Of a DNA stretch of 64,000 bases, positions 61,262 to 64,000 are shown piece after piece. The position numbers and the translations under genes were made by a program. Numbering within the stretch: the stretch's first letter is position 1; each line of letters begins with the position of its first letter. Below the pieces are notes generated by a model. The model saw only the letters and a list, made by a program, of their open reading frames with translations. It did not search any database and was not told the origin of the DNA. The stretch covers positions 3,286,001 to 3,350,000 of the forward strand of contig OZ024752.1 of the NCBI GenBank assembly GCA_964016885.1. Direction: 5' to 3'. This DNA comes from Eledone cirrhosa. Its lineage: Eukaryota.

Positions 61262-64000
61262 TAAGGAATACTGCCATTTATTACGAATACTAATATAGCG
61301 ACATGAGCAGGAAGAGGAAATGGGCAAGCCACGTCAGATAACATGAAAATGCCAGCATACTCTCCCATATATCATAAAATATATTAGATAAACAAGGACA
61401 CATTGGATAATTAGATACAGTAAATTATAGCCCTTGATATACATAAATGCTGGATGGATACGCGTGGAACCTAATTTATCATAGGTCAGGTGGGTTAAGC
61501 ATGATGATTAAGAACATACATATCAGCAAACATTAATGTTGCAGGGGAATGTGTTATATATGAAAACATTAAGTCAGGTTGGAAATATTCTATGGAAAAC
61601 ATGTAATATAAACCCTAAGCCAGTTCTAGAACCTGGAACAACTAATAGTAATCCAGTGCCTTCACTTTCACACCCAGCACAACCAGCACCACCAGCACCA
61701 CTACCTCCACAATAACAACCACAAGAAACATTATAGCAATGATTTGGTTTCTATGCTAGAAACAAATACTTCGATCGGTTGCCCTCAGAATATATCTGAC
61801 GCCCAACAAGAGAGGATTGATCATGAGACCTAGATTTCTGGTGTTGCTTATGTTAATGATATATTACAATTGCTGTTATCGTTATTGTTACTGGCAGTTG
61901 CTGTTGACGCGACAGTGGCGTCTTATCTTAAGGCCACAACATATATTTATAGATCCACAAACGCCACACTTCATATCTGGTATTATTATTTATATGTTTA
62001 TTTATTTGTATATATATTATATAGTGTATGTGTATTTATATTTTGTTTATTTTTTATATCTTGATTCTCTGATGAAGATGAAGATGATGATGATAACAAT
62101 GTTGATTATGTTGCGGATATGATGATACGGATGGTGATGATAATGATGATTATGATGATAATGAGAGAGATGATATCACGAAGTTGATGATGATGATAAT
62201 CATGATGATAGTGGCGAAGATGTCAATGATGATAATGATAATGATGATAGTCCGGTGGTTGTTTGCAACCTTTACTGTTGTTTTCTATTATGCGGCAGTA
62301 GTAGTAGAAGTAATACCAGTAATTATTTTATATATGCATATATATATATATATATATATCACTTTATGGTTTTCATTTCTCCAGAATTCCAGTTGCATCT
62401 ATTCTGTTGGACTGTTCTATATCTATAGAGTTTCTTTGGCGCCATTCTAATCACCGTATTTCTCAAAGAATTATTTCATTTCATTCACAGTATGATTTCG
62501 TTTCTATTCTCCACTGATTTATGGTAAATGTGGATTGTTGCTTGTAACTACTCCATCGTTGCTTCTCTTTCCCTCTCTCTCTTCCTCTCTCTCACTCCTT
62601 CTCTATCTCTCTCTTTCTCTCTCTCCCTTTCTCTCTCTTCCTGTCTGCGTTTCTCTCTCCTTCATTTAATTTATTCTCTTAATCGTTTTTCCTCCTTCTC
62701 TCACGTTGCCCTTTTTTTCGATTAAATTTCACGTGGTTTAATTGACATATCATCGCTAATATCATCGTCAGCCACACCACCTTCATCATCATTATCATCA
62801 TCATCATCATCATCATCATCTTCGTCCTCTCCTTCCTCCCCGCTCATCGCCCTCGTCGTCATCATCATCTTTAACATTATTTTCATCAAGCTACTCCTCC
62901 CCCATCGTCATCATTTTCAACTTCACTTTCATCCTCCTCTCCCCCCCCCCTCAACGTCGTTTTAGGCGTCATCATCATCATCATCATCATAATCATCATC
63001 ATTAACGAGGTCTTCAGCACCAACGTCGATTAGGTGCCAACTGCCCAGTAACCATCCTTGAATCTTCCATTCTTGTATATATGAAATGTAACAATTCCGA
63101 CTATCTGACTATATTTCATATAATTATAACCTACAAAATTAGCTTCTATCTATTTTCGGTTAAAAAAGGAAGTTGTTTATGTTGCACCACCGACAAGGCT
63201 TTACTAGTTCGATCAACTCTATTGATTCTCGTAATATAAAGCGTATCTGACTGAGTACTCCACAAATATGTGAGCCTTTAAAGGCATTTACAGGACTAGA
63301 TTTGAAAGAGAGTTGGCAAATTTACCTATAGGCCAGTTAATAAAAGTGCATTACGGTGGTGCTCCTTCAAAACAGGCTTTGACTTCAACCCACAAAAATG
63401 TTGACTATGCACTTCTCATCTCCTCAAGATCAATAAATTGCATAGCATTTTAAGGTAGCGGGCAGCTGTGTGCGATTTGAGTTCAAAATACAACTAGATT
63501 CTTAATAGGCGCCCACCATAAACAGCAGAATGTGGTGTATAAAGCAACTCTTTGACCAACAAGTCAACATCAAATAGATGATGTTAGGCACGGGCACATA
63601 TATGCACATATGCACATGTGACATTAATGAAGATTAAAGCATGAAGGAGTAACTAAGTAATCGATTGTTTTACGATCGTTTCAGTGAACAGAATTATTGA
63701 TGTAGCGAAAAAGAGTAAATATGATCCCGGTTAAAATATGATTCATAAAATGTGTTTAGGTGTGTGAGTCCGTATGTATATGTGTGTATACATTATACAT
63801 TTACGTGTTATTTATATATGTGTTGTCTATCTTGCTATTCGAATTCATTTCTACGTGACTTGCTTACACATTTATTGAATAGAAATCTGACCGTTTCGAA
63901 GGATAGAGAGTGGAATTAATGGACTTCTTCAATAGTGTTTGTAAAGAGTTATATAATAACCTACGATTCGTCTGCACATTTTCTCTATGAAACTCTCGTA

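Overview
AT-rich, repeat-dominated eukaryotic DNA with no host protein-coding exon that I can support. The abundant tRNA-derived SINE (B-box GAGTTCAAATCC plus the CTTTGCCTTTCATCCTT.CGGGGTCGATAAA domain) and multi-kb (TA)n arrays resemble octopod cephalopod DNA (inference). Nearly all long ORFs in the track are microsatellite artefacts. The real coding remnants are transposon-derived: a CRE-like RLE fragment, a decayed Naiad-type Penelope-like element (PLE), three other PLE fragments, a CR1-group LINE with an uninterrupted 732-aa RT ORF inside (TA)n, a second CR1-like RT fragment, a Helitron N-terminal/Rep fragment, three R4/Dong-like RLE fragments and an RTE fragment. The most notable signal is a family of ~300-bp non-coding elements carrying type-I hammerhead ribozyme motifs (four complete motifs at 26.5-29.8 kb). 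These occur as fold-back inverted repeats ending in (TA)n. A second fold-back family includes a perfect 270-bp palindrome at 52352-52621.
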